From Chrysomallon squamiferum (taxonomy: Eukaryota; Animalia; Mollusca): DNA of 64,000 bases. The stretch is taken from contig CM022668.1 in NCBI GenBank assembly GCA_012295275.1, positions 10,354,001 to 10,418,000 of the forward strand, read 5' to 3'. The notes beneath the pieces are model-generated. The model was not told the origin of the DNA and did no database searches. It worked only from the letters and a program-made list of their open reading frames with translations. This document shows positions 41,827-56,064 of this stretch, piece after piece. How positions within the stretch are numbered: position 1 is the first letter of the stretch; every line of letters begins with the position of its first letter. A program made the position numbers and the translations under genes.

Positions 41827-44800
41827 GTATGTATGTATGCCTGTAGGTTTGAATGTATTGTATGTATGTATATATATATTTGTTGAATCTTTTCTTGTTT
41901 TCTCTTTATTTATGGTATATCTACATGTGTATGTATGCATGCATGTACGTTTATGTGTGTGTATCTGTATGTGTGCGTATGTGTATATGTATGTATCTGT
42001 GTGTGAGAGACTGATAATAATTCCTACCAAAAAGTGACTGCGGCGAAGATGACAGCTGATACAACCAGTACAACAGAAATGACCATGATAGTCACATCTT
42101 TACTGACTCCTGGTGAAGTGACTTCTATGTGAAACAAAATAAAAGATAAAAATGAATTAAGAAATGATAGGGAAGAAAGAACGAAAAGAGAAAACCACTA
42201 TATTTTTTGTTTTGTGTATTATTTTAAATAAGAGGTAAAGGAAAACCCGTATAAAAGTGTGTATGTGTCTGAATGTCTGTGTGTGAGTACGTCAACATGT
42301 GTGTACAACTGTTTGTTCAGATGAACCTACATTCAGTTATAGGTAGGGCGGTTAAGTTATCTTTTTTATTTATTATTAATTAATTAATTAATTTATTTAT
42401 TTATGATATATTTATTTATGAACTGGTGATTATGAATTAAGTCATACTTTGAATTATAGTGATAGTTATCTTTCTTGAAGCATATTGCACGATTCAAAAC
42501 ACATTGCTAAACTAACTCTAATGAGAAAAACAGATCTGGAACCAAACTTTCATGAAAGAAAAGAATACCACGCATAAAATAAATACTAGTAAATAAAAAA
42601 ATTTAAAGTTAATAAACCATAAAAATTAATAAATAATAAACACACAAATAAATATATGAAAAGTAAATAAACTCATTTTGAAGTATATTTGATGACAAAT
42701 AAAATAACATGGAATGAGGTATTAAGTAATCCAAGCCTTGGTCGTGTATTTTAGTACATCTAAATGTGGCTGTAAATATTGTGTATGTTAAATTAACACT
42801 TCTCATCTTCCGCACAAACACTTCATGCATTGCATTAATATGTTCAAATTTGGCTACAATTGTTGTTTTCATCATGTTAACATATGTAAGCTTCAGTACA
42901 AACTATTCCTGCAGTACATTACTATATTTAAAGTTGGCTATAGATATTGTACGACACTGACATACTTATATATAGATATTTCAGTACAAACCTTGCGTGC
43001 ACGTTTCGCCTTCCCAGCCTGACAAACATCCACCAACACAGAGTCCACTTTCATGATGACAGTTTTCAGAACTGAGACAATGTCTGTCTTCACATTTCTT
43101 TAAACACTTTTCTCCATAAGTACTTTGATTACACTCTGAAAAATAACAGTTTTAACTTTAGTACTGGTAAAATCTCACTGATATTCCATGGAAGAAAATT
43201 TGTTGAAGAGTATTAGGGTACATATTTGTACAGGCTAAGAGACAGAATGAAATCACAAAGTTTTATAAAATGTATACCACTGTAAAAGAAAAAATGTAAC
43301 AGCAAAATATAATGAATTACGTCGCTATTAACAACAACAGCTACATAAGAAAGCTGATAATAACAGTAGCAGCTCTGGTACATGTAAAAAGTAATGGTAA
43401 TGTTTTTTCTAGGACTAGCAGTATGAGTTACATTAGCAAAGGTTTTTGTTGTAGTGGTTGTAGTGGTGGTACTATATATGTTGAATGTATTGCGTGCGTG
43501 TTAAGAAAATCTATAATTCAGTTAAGAACAGAAAAATAACAGCTCAGCATAATTTTATGTTTGTTTGTTTGTTTTACTTTCTGTGCATGAGTCACTTCTC
43601 CAGCCAGGTAAACATTCTCCTTCGCAGGATCCTGTCACGTGATCACAAGGTGCGTGTGTATTTTTACACTTTCTGCTGCTGCAGTTGTAAACACAGTTTG
43701 GTCCAAACATCCCAGCACAACCTGAAAGAAATTAATTTATTTCTTGTACAGCAATACTTCTGTTTCAAATTACATTATTAATATAACCTAGAGTGTCCAC
43801 TTACTTTGAATTGTTTTAACACCAGGACTTTAACTGTGAAGACTGAAATGTAGGAATGATTTCTTCTGTTCCTAACACGTACAGACGTAATTACATTTCT
43901 ACCTACCTTTCTACCCATCTGCCCATCTGCCCATCCACCCGTATTCCTACCGAGTTAATGAGGAGCCACATAAATATATATACATACATACAGACATTAA
44001 AAACAAATAAACAAGGATATACCTACACAGATCCTGCAAACATATATAAATACACATACATAAACCCATATATGCATGTACATAACTTCATTATATACAT
44101 AATTTTCCTGAAAACTTAGTCTAGCAACAATGTAATTTATACAGATGAGTTGTTATTCTTCAGTAACTGATATTAATTCACCAGACCTGTAATAAAAGAA
44201 TAGTTAAAACATGACTCACGTTCATTACAACTTGGGTTTTTCCATCCTGGTTGACAACCATTTTGACATTTTCCATTGTGAACATCACACTTAGAGTTGT
44301 TATCTGTACAATGTCTTTCACCACACTTGTACTCACAGTTAGGTCCATACGTGTCATGTCGACATTCTGCATAGAAAAGGAATCGTTTAAAATAAGTTTT
44401 ATTGTTATTGATGTGTTGACGTACTAGTTTTGTATCTCAACATGTGCTAGCCTGTTGTTGTTATTTGACGGTCCGTCTATTTATATCTCTACCTGCCTAC
44501 TTACTTATATTTATATCTCTACCTGCCTACTTAGCTATCTGTTTGTCTGTGTGTCTGTCAGTCTGTCTTCGCAGGTTTCTCCTCATCAGAGGGACAAATA
44601 ATAAAACGTTTTTGAAAATATTTACAGTTTTTTTTCTCATCCACCACCCGCAATAAACATAAATCGTTGTGGCCAGGCGTTGCTATAGCAATCACCCAGG
44701 CTTTCTCCAACAAAACAATTTTAAACATATTGAGATCACTGGTGGATGTAAATAAGACATAATTGTCACGTCATAAAACACATATAAAGCATATTTCACA

Positions 44801-46953
44801 AAATACTGCATTTGAAACCCAAATAGAGCTCCGATTTTTTACCTCAAACATCCCATAAGATGCGGTGTTTATGAAACATACGTATGCTCGGACTGATGTT
44901 GAATGATTAAATTATTAAAATGATGTACCACATGGTTTGATGGGAAAACGTTTGGCGACTGCAGTTCGCGGTCGCTTGTGGTTCGACAAAACACAACATT
45001 GTCAGCAAACACCGTGCAGTGCAACAAATGAGCCAAACAATCTTTAACAAACATCGTATAAAGCTGCCGTAGAATAACAAAATTATCTTGTGGTGATAAT
45101 TACTGTTAATATTATGACACTTACTGACTGTACAGTCTGGTTTTTCCCAACCTGCAAGGCAGCCATCTTTACATATTCCATGTTCCCTGTCACAGTCCTG
45201 TCTACCTTTACAGTGTCTGTCAACACAAGACATGTTACAGTTGTATCCATACGTGCCATTACAATCTGAAAAAACACAAAATACATAAAACAAGACAAGA
45301 ACGAAACATCACTTGTTAAATATATACAATTTATTTTATAACTAATATGATTCTGTGTGTGGAAATATGTGAAAGTGTGTTTGAAGTATGTATGCTGAAT
45401 TTAGGACAAAAGATTATTTACAATATAGAAAAAAATATCTGTTTTCATGATTTGATTATTTAGACGAGCCAAGTCATTCTTGAAATTTTCACAAGAAATA
45501 TAAACAAACACTATCATCGCTACTTGAATATCAGTATGTGTAAACTATTTAAAGCAATATTACAATAAATGTAAAACTTTTTTAAAAGTTTTTTTCCCTT
45601 CAGATCACAGTTTTCGGAAATGAATAAACCGTCAATTTGACGATAATCCGAACATTATATTTGAGCATACACACGCACACACACACACACACACGCACAC
45701 ACATACCAGAGACTAATAATTACCCACTAGTTCTCTACTTATTATGAACTGAACAGGTTTAAAAAATAGACAGAGTTGTGGTCTTGATACGAACAATAAA
45801 AATCGTATTTAAAATTAAAGTCGGTGATTCTCATTCACTAGAAAATACGTACCTTCTTTAGCTGCATTTTACAACTAGAAAAATGATCCTTCTAAATAAG
45901 TTCCTCAAATATCTTGTGTACAGTCACATTTGTACCTTTAACGATCTTAGATAAACTTGTACAGCTTACATTAACTGAGTTTAAAGTTATATCACGATGT
46001 TTCTCATTAACTAGTAAATACGTACTGGTTGTACAGTCTGTAGACTAGTATCCTCTTTGACAACCATCAACACAAGTTCCATTCACATGATTACAAGTAA
46101 AATCTCCAAAAGATTTACGTTCTTTACACAGTTTCAAACAGTTTTGTCCTTGTTGATGAGTGGAGTAAAATGTTTTTTTTTTTTTTTTTTTATAAAATAA
46201 AATTGAGGAGATAAAAGGTAATATGTAAAATATATAAGTAAAATGGACACTTACTGACTGATTGTCCCATCTTTTATAATTAAATACGTTACATTACTGT
46301 TTGCATTTACAATATATGACGTCACCCGAACTGTTTGAATCGTGTTACATGTTGGTAAAAATGGAAACATTTTAATTTCCAATTTCAGGGAAAAAGTTGT
46401 TCGATTCTGAAGATGACAAGAACTACAAGTATACACACGTATATTACTGCATTTGACCGGTGTGTTCTGATACAATTCTTTATATGAATAACGTACATAC
46501 AACACAGTTATTTTCTTGTTTCTGTTTTCATTATTAGCAGAGTATTTCGGCGTCGTCCGCAGTGACGATGATGTTGATGATGATGACGATGATAGCCTTG
46601 ATGATTGCTATAGTCTTAGGATTCAAAAGTTCAAAAATCTGACAGCAGACAATGAAACACTGAAATATAGAAACAAACCTAATTTTCCAAACACTTGTAC
46701 TTCACAGAAATCCATTGCTGTGTCACCACTGTTATTTGTTGACTGGTAAAGTGTGACGTATCTCGCTGTTTTATCACATGTTATCTGTTTTATGATTGGA
46801 TCAGTTGACTTCACTGTATAACACAAACAACCATTATTCGGTATTCCACTTTCACATGCGTAAATCTTCACACCGTTCATTCGAACTTCTGTAAAGTAAT
46901 GAAGAATGAGCAGGAAACGTCAAAAGGTTACAATAAATAACAAAACCATTTTC

Positions 46954-46994
<41 letters not shown>

Positions 46995-49205
46995 GTATAA
47001 GAATTTGCATCACCCTAAGAATAATGTGTAAACTGTAAACATTAGTCTATCACTGAGGATGCTAACATGAAAATACTTTATAGCTTTTAAAATCAATGAT
47101 TATATATTCTCCAAATTCTTTCACTCATATTATATATTGTAAACGCAATAAAATAAGCATGCAGATACAAACTTACAAATTTACATATTGAGATTCAGTT
47201 AAGCGCCAGAAAATGACGTAAATATCTACTTATTCTTTCCAAATATTTGTTTGTGTAGATTTGTATATATGGGTGTATATGTTACTTTAATTTACAACGA
47301 TGAGTTCATATAATGTTCAGAATTTGCCTCTGTTTGTTTACAATGAATGTTTAATGACGCCCAAGCATGAAACTCAGATCGGCTATTGGGATTCAGAGAG
47401 AGTGTGGTTTGTTTAAATTACTGTTTATTACTGTAAGGTTTTCAAAACTTTACGTTTCATTGATAAATTAACAATCCCTCTGCATTAATGTACAACTGTG
47501 TGAGTGTCTGGTTGTGTTTTTGAATATATGTGATGTCTCAGTGTATAAGTAAACTTACTATCATAATGGAAGTGAACAGTTATATTTTGTATGTAGTATT
47601 CTGTTCCAAGATCCACCTGCCACCAAGTGTAGGGTTCTCCAGTACTTGTAAGTATACAATATTTCCCATTCCTCCCTTGTGACAGATTACTATCTACAGC
47701 CAGAGAAGAGTTGTGATATTCTTTACTATAATACGAACTCTGTTTGGTTGTTTTTTCAAGAGCAACATTTCCTGAAACGTCTGTTAAAATAAATAAAAAT
47801 AAACACACGAAACAAATACATAATTAAAAATAAATAGAAATAATGATATAACGTCTCATTCTGATTTTGTGGAAATCAGGTCGAAAACAAATCTGTATAA
47901 GTTAAAAACAAATTATACAAACACACAGACAAACAAACTTTTACACAAATACGTACATATGCATAAACATATATGTAATAATATTAGCAAATACGTGCAG
48001 ACACACAAAAAATATCTGAAATATTTTTTACCAGTTGTACATTTATAGTCCTGACCATCCGTTTATGCAAGAATTATGGCCGCCATTACATCCTGTGACG
48101 TCATCAGAATTATTAATATTACAGTCTCACGTTTGGTTACAGTTCAGTCCATAGGTCCCTGACATACATTTACCTAGTAATGGAGTGCAGCAGCAACACC
48201 AACGACAACAACAATCAGAATATTATACTGCGTAATGGAATTTTCTCGTCGTTGCTACTACTGCAATTCTGCAGCTTGACCAATAATACTACTACTTCTT
48301 CTTTTACTACTTCTAATATTCTTGTAATACTATTGCTACAGCTACTAGTATTACTATTTCTACGGCTGCTACTACTGTACTACGACTACAACTACTACTG
48401 TGTCCACTACTACTGCTGGTACTGTTGCTGTTATTATTATCAAACATTACTACTGCTACCACCGCTAAAGCAGATACATTTCAACAGCTTCTGCTGGAAT
48501 TACTACAACTATTATTACTACTACAACTACCACGATTATTACTACTATTATTATTGTTAAAATTACTGTCACTCGAAGATGATGAGGTATATTAACGAAA
48601 CCTAATATATTAAAAAAACTATTTGTACCAGATAAGACACTTTAAAGTTGAGATTCTTAAACCCCATGATAAAATACGATGGAATCCTAGTTTTATAAAC
48701 CAATTCGCACTTACTTTGTATTACTAAACATTTCTGAGTCTTATTCGTAAACCACTTCAAATAATGAACTTACAACAAGATAAGAGAGAGTTGTTCAACG
48801 TGTATTTTTATTTTATTTATTTACTTAGTTGTAACTATATATGTATATTTTTAAATATAATGTATATAATTAAATATATACATACCTATATCTATATATC
48901 TATGTGTCTGGTATATAATGTATGTAAGTGTGTGCATGTATAAATGCACACACATATATAAAATTACCTGACACGTATTCAGTCTTGAAGTAAATGCATA
49001 ACACAAAAAAAACAAGTAAATCCAACCAGTAGATCAAAAAAAGAAGAAAACCAACAACAAACATAACAAAACAAAAATCTTGATATAATTATTTTTAAAA
49101 TAAATAAAAGCATAAATAAAACAACTAACCTTTGCCTGATACATATTCAAAGTTAATATAAACGCCCAACGCAGAAATAAAGAAGAAAATCCAAAACTTT
49201 AACAT
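41126..49205 (-). pseudogene. G4: A-type F-type lectin/EGF receptor gene with lesions and a short tail
   Basis: Exons: signal peptide 49205-49130; EGF 48173-48032 (TGA at 48129-48127 and a +1 insertion); lectin 47771-47559 and 46888-46688 (or to 46679); truncated EGF ~46148-46026 (TAG at 46047-46045); EGF 45265-45125, 44366-44220, 43721-43578, 43135-42992; TM 42124-42028; tail 41276-41126. Confidence 0.82.
48968..49026 (-). pseudogene. Degenerate second copy of the signal-peptide exon in G4 intron 1
   Basis: WIYL...LCIYFKTEYVSG|gtaatt with no ATG and a 1-nt deletion. Confidence 0.65.
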
Positions 49206-50610
49206 TTTGTCTGTTATGAAACAACAAAATCTATTAACTTTTGCAAAGGCTCTGTTCTTTGTCTGTGTCTACAGAGTTATGTCAGATAACAACAAATCAT
49301 AAAATACAAGTTCTTCAACGCGTTGTTATAACTACACTAAGTAGGGGTGCGTTCTGTACATGTACTCGACTGTTTGTTTCAAATGTGTCAATCTGTAATC
49401 GCATGAACAAAATTAATGTTGTCATACGAGTAAAGCAGGAAGATATTTTGTTTGTTTTATCTTAATGGTAGTGCATAGCCTTGATATTCAACTGGGTAGC
49501 AAATGTACCTCTCTTTATCTGTGTGTCAATTTATCTATCTCTCAGTTTCTCTCTGTCTGTCTGCCTCTCTATATTAACACATAAATGTCAATCAAAAGAA
49601 AAACATACACACACAAATATACACAGATATGCACATTTATACACAACTAGAGATTTTATTTATTGACAGACGTGTGTCTCATCATAAGAGGACTTTGTCT
49701 CTGACTAACAGTCTACGTTCTGCAGATAAGAACTAAATAAAAAAAAAAGATAAATTAGTACATCGGGATTAACAACCTTTTAGTTAATATTAACAAAACC
49801 ATTGCCTATCGTTGTGAATACATCTGTAACGACTGACATGGATGTATGTGTTTGTCTATGAGTGTATGCATATATGTGCATATATATATATGTGTGTGTG
49901 TGTATATATGTGTGTGTGTGTGTGTATATATATATATTTAGATGTGTGTGTAGATGTGTGAGATAGAGTGTAGTATATAAATGTATATTTATATATTTAT
50001 ATATGTATGTATGTTTGCATTTATGTATGAATGCATTTAAGGAATTAAAAAATATGGTTGATGAATTACTTTATTATTAAAAAAATAATATTAATTTTCT
50101 AGTTTTTATCTCTGTGGATATCGGGTTGACTTCATGTTGATCATTGTAATATGTTTACAATCTGTTTTTGTCCGTATAAACTGTAAAGTTAAACTTGTTT
50201 TACTGGGACTATTCTGGTTGTATCTTCATTACTTTACTGTCCTTTCTCAAAAATATTCATTTCTTTACATACAACATTTTAAAAATAATATTTTCTTTAT
50301 TCCGGTTAGTTTTTGGTGTTTTTTTTTTTTTTTTTTTGTTTTTCCACGAAGGCTGGTTAGAATTTCATTTCACAACCCTTTTTAGTTTTTCTTGATCTGC
50401 CCCTTCAAGTATTTAAAAATCGCCCTATCTCTGTTATCGCTCACACAGTATCATGATTTACAAAGCGACGTTTGTTAAACTACCTGAAAACTAACTGTGA
50501 TAAGAAATGTCGAGTGACATTGCTGTGTTGCTATACACAGGTAAAGAAGAGTGGACGGTTTATACAAAAGTAGATCTTCTGATAAAGAAAAGTTAAAAAC
50601 ACAACAAAAA

Positions 50611-50674
50611 CTGTTGAGGTGCTGGATTTACTTTCTTAAAGACTTTATTTTAAACGCTGACTGAAATGTATCAG
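50611..50674 (+). pseudogene. Inverted, degenerate copy of the signal-peptide exon
   Basis: cTGTTGAGGTGCTGGATTTACTTT...GTATCAG|gtaaat matches ATGTTGAAGTGTTGGATTTAC...GTATCAG|gtaa. The ATG is lost and there is an in-frame stop. Confidence 0.7.
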
Positions 50675-51220
50675 GTAAATTTCAAATTCTTTTTTGTTCA
50701 TATGAACTCTTAAACCTTTATCACAAATATACGTAAATAGACACGATACTAGCATAACATATTAAATAAGCAAATAACAAAAGAATAACGTAATAAACAC
50801 ACCAATAACACGAGAATGACGTAATATTTAAATACACAAATAACATGACAATAACGTAATATTTAAATAAACAGTATGACAATAATGTCATACTTAAATG
50901 TTAAATGTTTTATATAGAATATATTTTACTTATATTTAATTATAAAAGATGAGACAATGAGACAGTAAGCGTCCATTTTACTTATATATTTTACATATTG
51001 CTTTATAACCGTATTACAAGGCTAGGAATAATTTTTAACAACAACAACAAATTGTTAACCACTCAAATTTTATGCAATTCCCCGTGTCTTTTCTCAGCAC
51101 ACAAGCGGCTTAAATTAGTCTCAATAAACAAAGTAAATGATTTTCATTATTTCAGTTTCATCTTTAGATTTAACTTTCATTGTCAGGTACAAATACCAAG
51201 TTTCTCTATTCACAAAACTA

Positions 51221-52067
51221 AACATTCTACAATAAAAAATATATCTATTTTTTTTAGCATATTCAGAGTTAAAAAAGAAAATGACTTATTTAATATTGAA
51301 TATGTTAAACGCAGTTCTAAAAAAAATACACTTTTTCTAATTCAATTATTCTTATATAATCATTATTATCGTTCTAACAATCACAATCATCATTATTTTT
51401 ATTATCATTATTATGATGAAGTTTATTATTATTATCATTATCATCATCATCATCATTATCATCATCATCAACATCATTTTCATCAATATCTTCATTATTA
51501 CTATTATCAAATCTCTGCATATAAAGATGCTATTAAGACTGGGTAATGAGGGGAAATAATCTGTGAACCAACACGGAGATCAAAGTTCGAGAAGTACTTA
51601 GTAAACGATTCTGTTTTTCAAACGAGAAAAAGGTGAGAATAATTTAGTTACCGTTCCCTCTGTAATATGTAGATTCGTAATTTCTACGTTCGTAATTTCT
51701 AGGTTCATAAATATTCTTGATCCACATGGTTTAAAATATGCAGCTATTTGTATTTATCCGTTCAAGTAGTTACCTTTGAACGCCAACTAGAAGGAAGTAT
51801 TAACAGATATACCCAAACTGTATGTTTAAAACAACTGTCAGAAAAAAAAATGTAATTAGGTACATAAACCAGTTTATATTCTAATAGCTAGTGTTTTTAT
51901 ATTTAATATTTAGTAGTAAACTGTCTTCCGATTACAACTTTGTACCGTAGTTCTGACTTAGGAAAACTTACAAGGGCATATAACATATTCAATATTAAAT
52001 AAGTCATTTTCTTTTTTAACTCTGAATATGCTAAAAAAAATAGATATATTTTTTATTGTAGAATGTT
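51221..52067. repeat. Perfect 87-bp inverted repeat (51221-51307 / 51981-52067)
   Basis: Base-by-base reverse-complement match. The same peptide HSTIKNISIFFSIFRVKKENDLFNIEYV appears in a plus-strand and a minus-strand ORF. Confidence 0.93.
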
Positions 52068-52071
52068 CTTT

Positions 52072-52081
52072 TATACATACA

Positions 52082-52115
<34 letters not shown>

Positions 52116-52320
52116 CATACATACATATATATACACATACATACATACATATATATACACATACATATATACATACATACATACATACATACACACACAC
52201 ATACATACATACATACATACATACATACATACATACATACACACATACATATATACATACATACATACATACATATACACATTGGGGTACATACATACAT
52301 ACATACATATATATATACAT

Positions 52321-52355
<35 letters not shown>

Positions 52356-52404
52356 TACATACATACATACATACATACATACAAACATACATATATACAC
52401 ACAT

Positions 52405-52435
<31 letters not shown>

Positions 52436-52440
52436 TACAT

Positions 52441-52513
<73 letters not shown>

Positions 52514-52592
52514 CATACATACATACATACATATATACATACATACATACATACATACATACATACATACAAACATACATACATACATATAT
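52072..52592. repeat. Compound (ACAT)n/(AC)n microsatellite, ~520 bp
   Basis: Directly visible; produces the spurious MYVC/HTYI ORFs. Confidence 0.97.
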
Positions 52593-55500
52593 AGTTGCTG
52601 TATTTTTGTTTTGTATGGATTTTCCGGAGCTGGTATAATCTTCTTCTTGTTTTTTTGTTTTTTCTTTTCTAAACTGGATTTGTTATAGTTAATTATACGT
52701 AATATCTATGTATACCAGGTAAGTATGCATGAGATAAAAACCGATAAGTATCATTCCGTGTGTATCTCTTCACTCAGAGTTTGTATCCCGACATGTTCAC
52801 ACTTTAGACCAATAAAGAATAAAACAAACTAAAATTAAATTAAATTAAGTTAATAATTTAAAAGAAATACTATACGTTTGCTTGTGTCTCAAATGGCTAA
52901 GTTTCAAATATTATCTTAATTTATTCAGAACGTTTGTAATCTGAACCTCCAAACTTTGATATTTTTACTTAAAACGGACATTTTAGTTAGCATTTGTTTT
53001 CAGAGTCTGTTTTCTCAGCAAAAGATGAAACAATTTTTATAGTAATGGATATTAGGAAGCGATATCTGAAATTTATTCTAATCTTCATCATCTTTTGACC
53101 TTTTACTTAATCTTTTCGATAACATGACATTAAATTGATCTTAAGTCCGACGTTTACAAATGTTAGTAAATAAACACAAACTCTCCATTCAGTAATAAGG
53201 AATTTTGATTGTCCTACTATAATAGTGCAATTACTGCTTTACTGTAACAAAACAACAGTAGAAAATGTAGGTTAATTTCGTTTTTACCGTTATTGGCTGT
53301 ATGTACCAGTTCCACTGAGTAATTACAAAGTCATCACTAGAGCTCTTCTCTCAGTCTCCTTTATACAGACATGAATATCATTGTACCAACCAAACTACAC
53401 AGCAAAGGAATAATTTACAACAACAACAACAAAATGTTAAGCACTCACATTTTATGAAATTCCCTGTTAACGTAATCAACAGTTTTCTTTCTACTCCACC
53501 CCGCGTCTTTTCTGAGCGCACAAGCGGCTTAAATCAATATTTCAACAAAGAAAGTCAATGATTTTCATTCTTTCAGTTTCAGATTTGTCTTTCATTGTCA
53601 TTGTCAGGTACAAATACCAAGTTTCTCTATTGACAAAACTAAACATGCTACAATAAAATATATATCTATTTTTTTAACATATTCAGAATTAAAAAAGAAA
53701 ATGAATTATTTAATATAGAATATGTTAAACGCAGTTCTAAAAAAAATATTACTTTTCCTAATTTAATTATTGTTATATAATCATTATTATCGTTATAATA
53801 ATCATAATCATCAGTATTTTTATTATCATTATTATGATGATGTTTATTATTATTATTGATATTATTATTATTATTATTATTATTATTATCATCATCATCA
53901 TCATCATCAACATAATCATCATCAATATCTTCATTATTACTATTATCAAAATCTGCATAAATATGCTATTAAGACTGGGTAATAAGGGGAAATAATCTGT
54001 GAACCAACAAGGAGATCAAAGTTCGAGAAGTACTTAGTAAACGATTCTGTTTTTCAGTCGAGAAAAAGGTGAGGATAATTTAGTTACCGTTACCTTTGTA
54101 ATATCTAGATTCGTAATTTCTACATTCGTAATGTCTACGTTCGTAATTTCAACATTCATAAATATTCTTGATCCACATAGTTTAAAATATGCAGCGTCCT
54201 TCCAACGCCAACAACAAGGAAGTATTAACATATATACAGAAACTGTATGTTTCTAACAACTGTCGCAAGAAAATGTAATTAGGTACATAAAATTGTTTAT
54301 ATTCTAATAACTACTCTTTTATATTTAATATTTAGTAGTAAACAATCTTCTTATTACAACTTTGTACCGTAGTTCTCACTTGGGAAAACGTGTAAGGGCA
54401 TGTTCAAAATTTCTAACTATTCGAGGACTTTTTACTTTCAGCCATTTAAACAATTTTTATTTATTTTTATATCTTTTATTTCTTTTCTATTTTATATATA
54501 TATATTTTTTTTAATTTCTTATATATATATATTTGCTATATTTTTTTATTTTTTTTTATTTCTGGAGGGGGTATTTTCTTCTTCTTGTTTTTTCTTTTTT
54601 CTTTTCTAAACTGGATTTGTCATAGTTAATTATACTTAATTTCTCTGTATCCCAAGTAAGTACGCTTGAGATAAAAACCGATAAGTGTCATTCCGTGTGT
54701 ATCTCTTCACTCACAGTTTGTATCCCGACATGTTCACACTTTTGACAGATTAAAATTAAAACAAACTAAAATAAAATTAAATTAAATTATATTAATAATT
54801 TAAAATAAATACTATACATTTGCTTATGCCTTAAACGCCAAAATTTCAACTATTATCTTAATTGAATCAATACGTTAGTAATTTGAACCGTCAAACTTTG
54901 AAATTTTTAGTTAACAGTTTTCAGAGTCTGTTATCTGAGGAAAAGATGAAACAATTTTTATAGTGATGGATATTAGAAAGCGATATCTGAAATTTATTTT
55001 CATCTTCATCATCTTTTGTTCTTTTGTTTAATGTTGTCAGTAATGTGACATTGATCTGATCTTAAGTCAGACATTTAGAACTGTTATTTAATAAGAAAGA
55101 GATAATTTTCAACAGAAAATCTCCAAACTCTAATAGGGAATTTTGAGTGTCATACTGCACTCTAATAATGTAATTACTGCTTTGTTGTAACAAAACAACA
55201 GTACAAAATCTAGTTTTATATCGTTTTTACCGTCATTGCCTGTATGTACCAGTTCCACTGAGTAATTACAAAGTCATCACTTGATCCTCTTATGGGACTG
55301 CTTTATATTAGCCATGAATATGATTGTACCAAACGAATTACTCAGCAAAGGAATAATTTACAACAACAACAACAACATGATATCCACTCACATTTTGTCA
55401 ATGAATTTCATTCTTTCAGTTTCGTTTTTAATTTTAATTTTCATTGTCGTTGTTCGGTAATAATGACAAGTTTCTCCATTGACAAAACTAAAATGTTATA

Positions 55501-56033
55501 GCAAAAATAAATATTTATTTTTACCAAATTCAAAATTAAAAAAGAAACTTATTCATTTAACATTATTATTTTTGAAACAGTTCCACAATATGTGTATTTT
55601 TTGGAATTTCACTCCTCTTATATAATCATCATTATAGTTATTATAATAATAATCATCATTACTTTTATTTTCATTATTACGATGATGGTTATTATTGTTA
55701 TCATCATATTCATCAACGTCGTCATTACTGTTATGAAAACCTACATAAAAATGCTATTAAGACTGGGTTATTTATAAAGGGAAATAATCTGTGAATAAAA
55801 AAGGAAGTGTAAGTTCGAGAAGGACTTAATAAACGATTCTGTTTTCTGGTCTAGAAAAAAAGTGAGTATAATTTAGTTACCGCTATCTTTGTAATTTCTA
55901 CATTCGTAATTTCTACTTTCATAAATGATTTTCATCTAGAATTTTTAAATTACGGAGATATTTGTATACCGTTCAGATGTTTACCCTTGAAACAGGGAAG
56001 TATTAATATATATACCGAAACTTTATGCTTATT

Positions 56034-56064
<31 letters not shown>

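Noticed and set aside
51958-52638. Long ORFs of 169-208 aa on both strands
   Set aside because: Translations of the (ACAT)n microsatellite. The same applies to the SLSL/RERE/YIYI ORFs throughout the window.
54966-55031. Plus-strand signal-peptide-like ORF MDIRKRYLKFIFIFIIFCSFV
   Set aside because: It stops after ~21 codons, and sister copies have earlier stops or lack the ATG.
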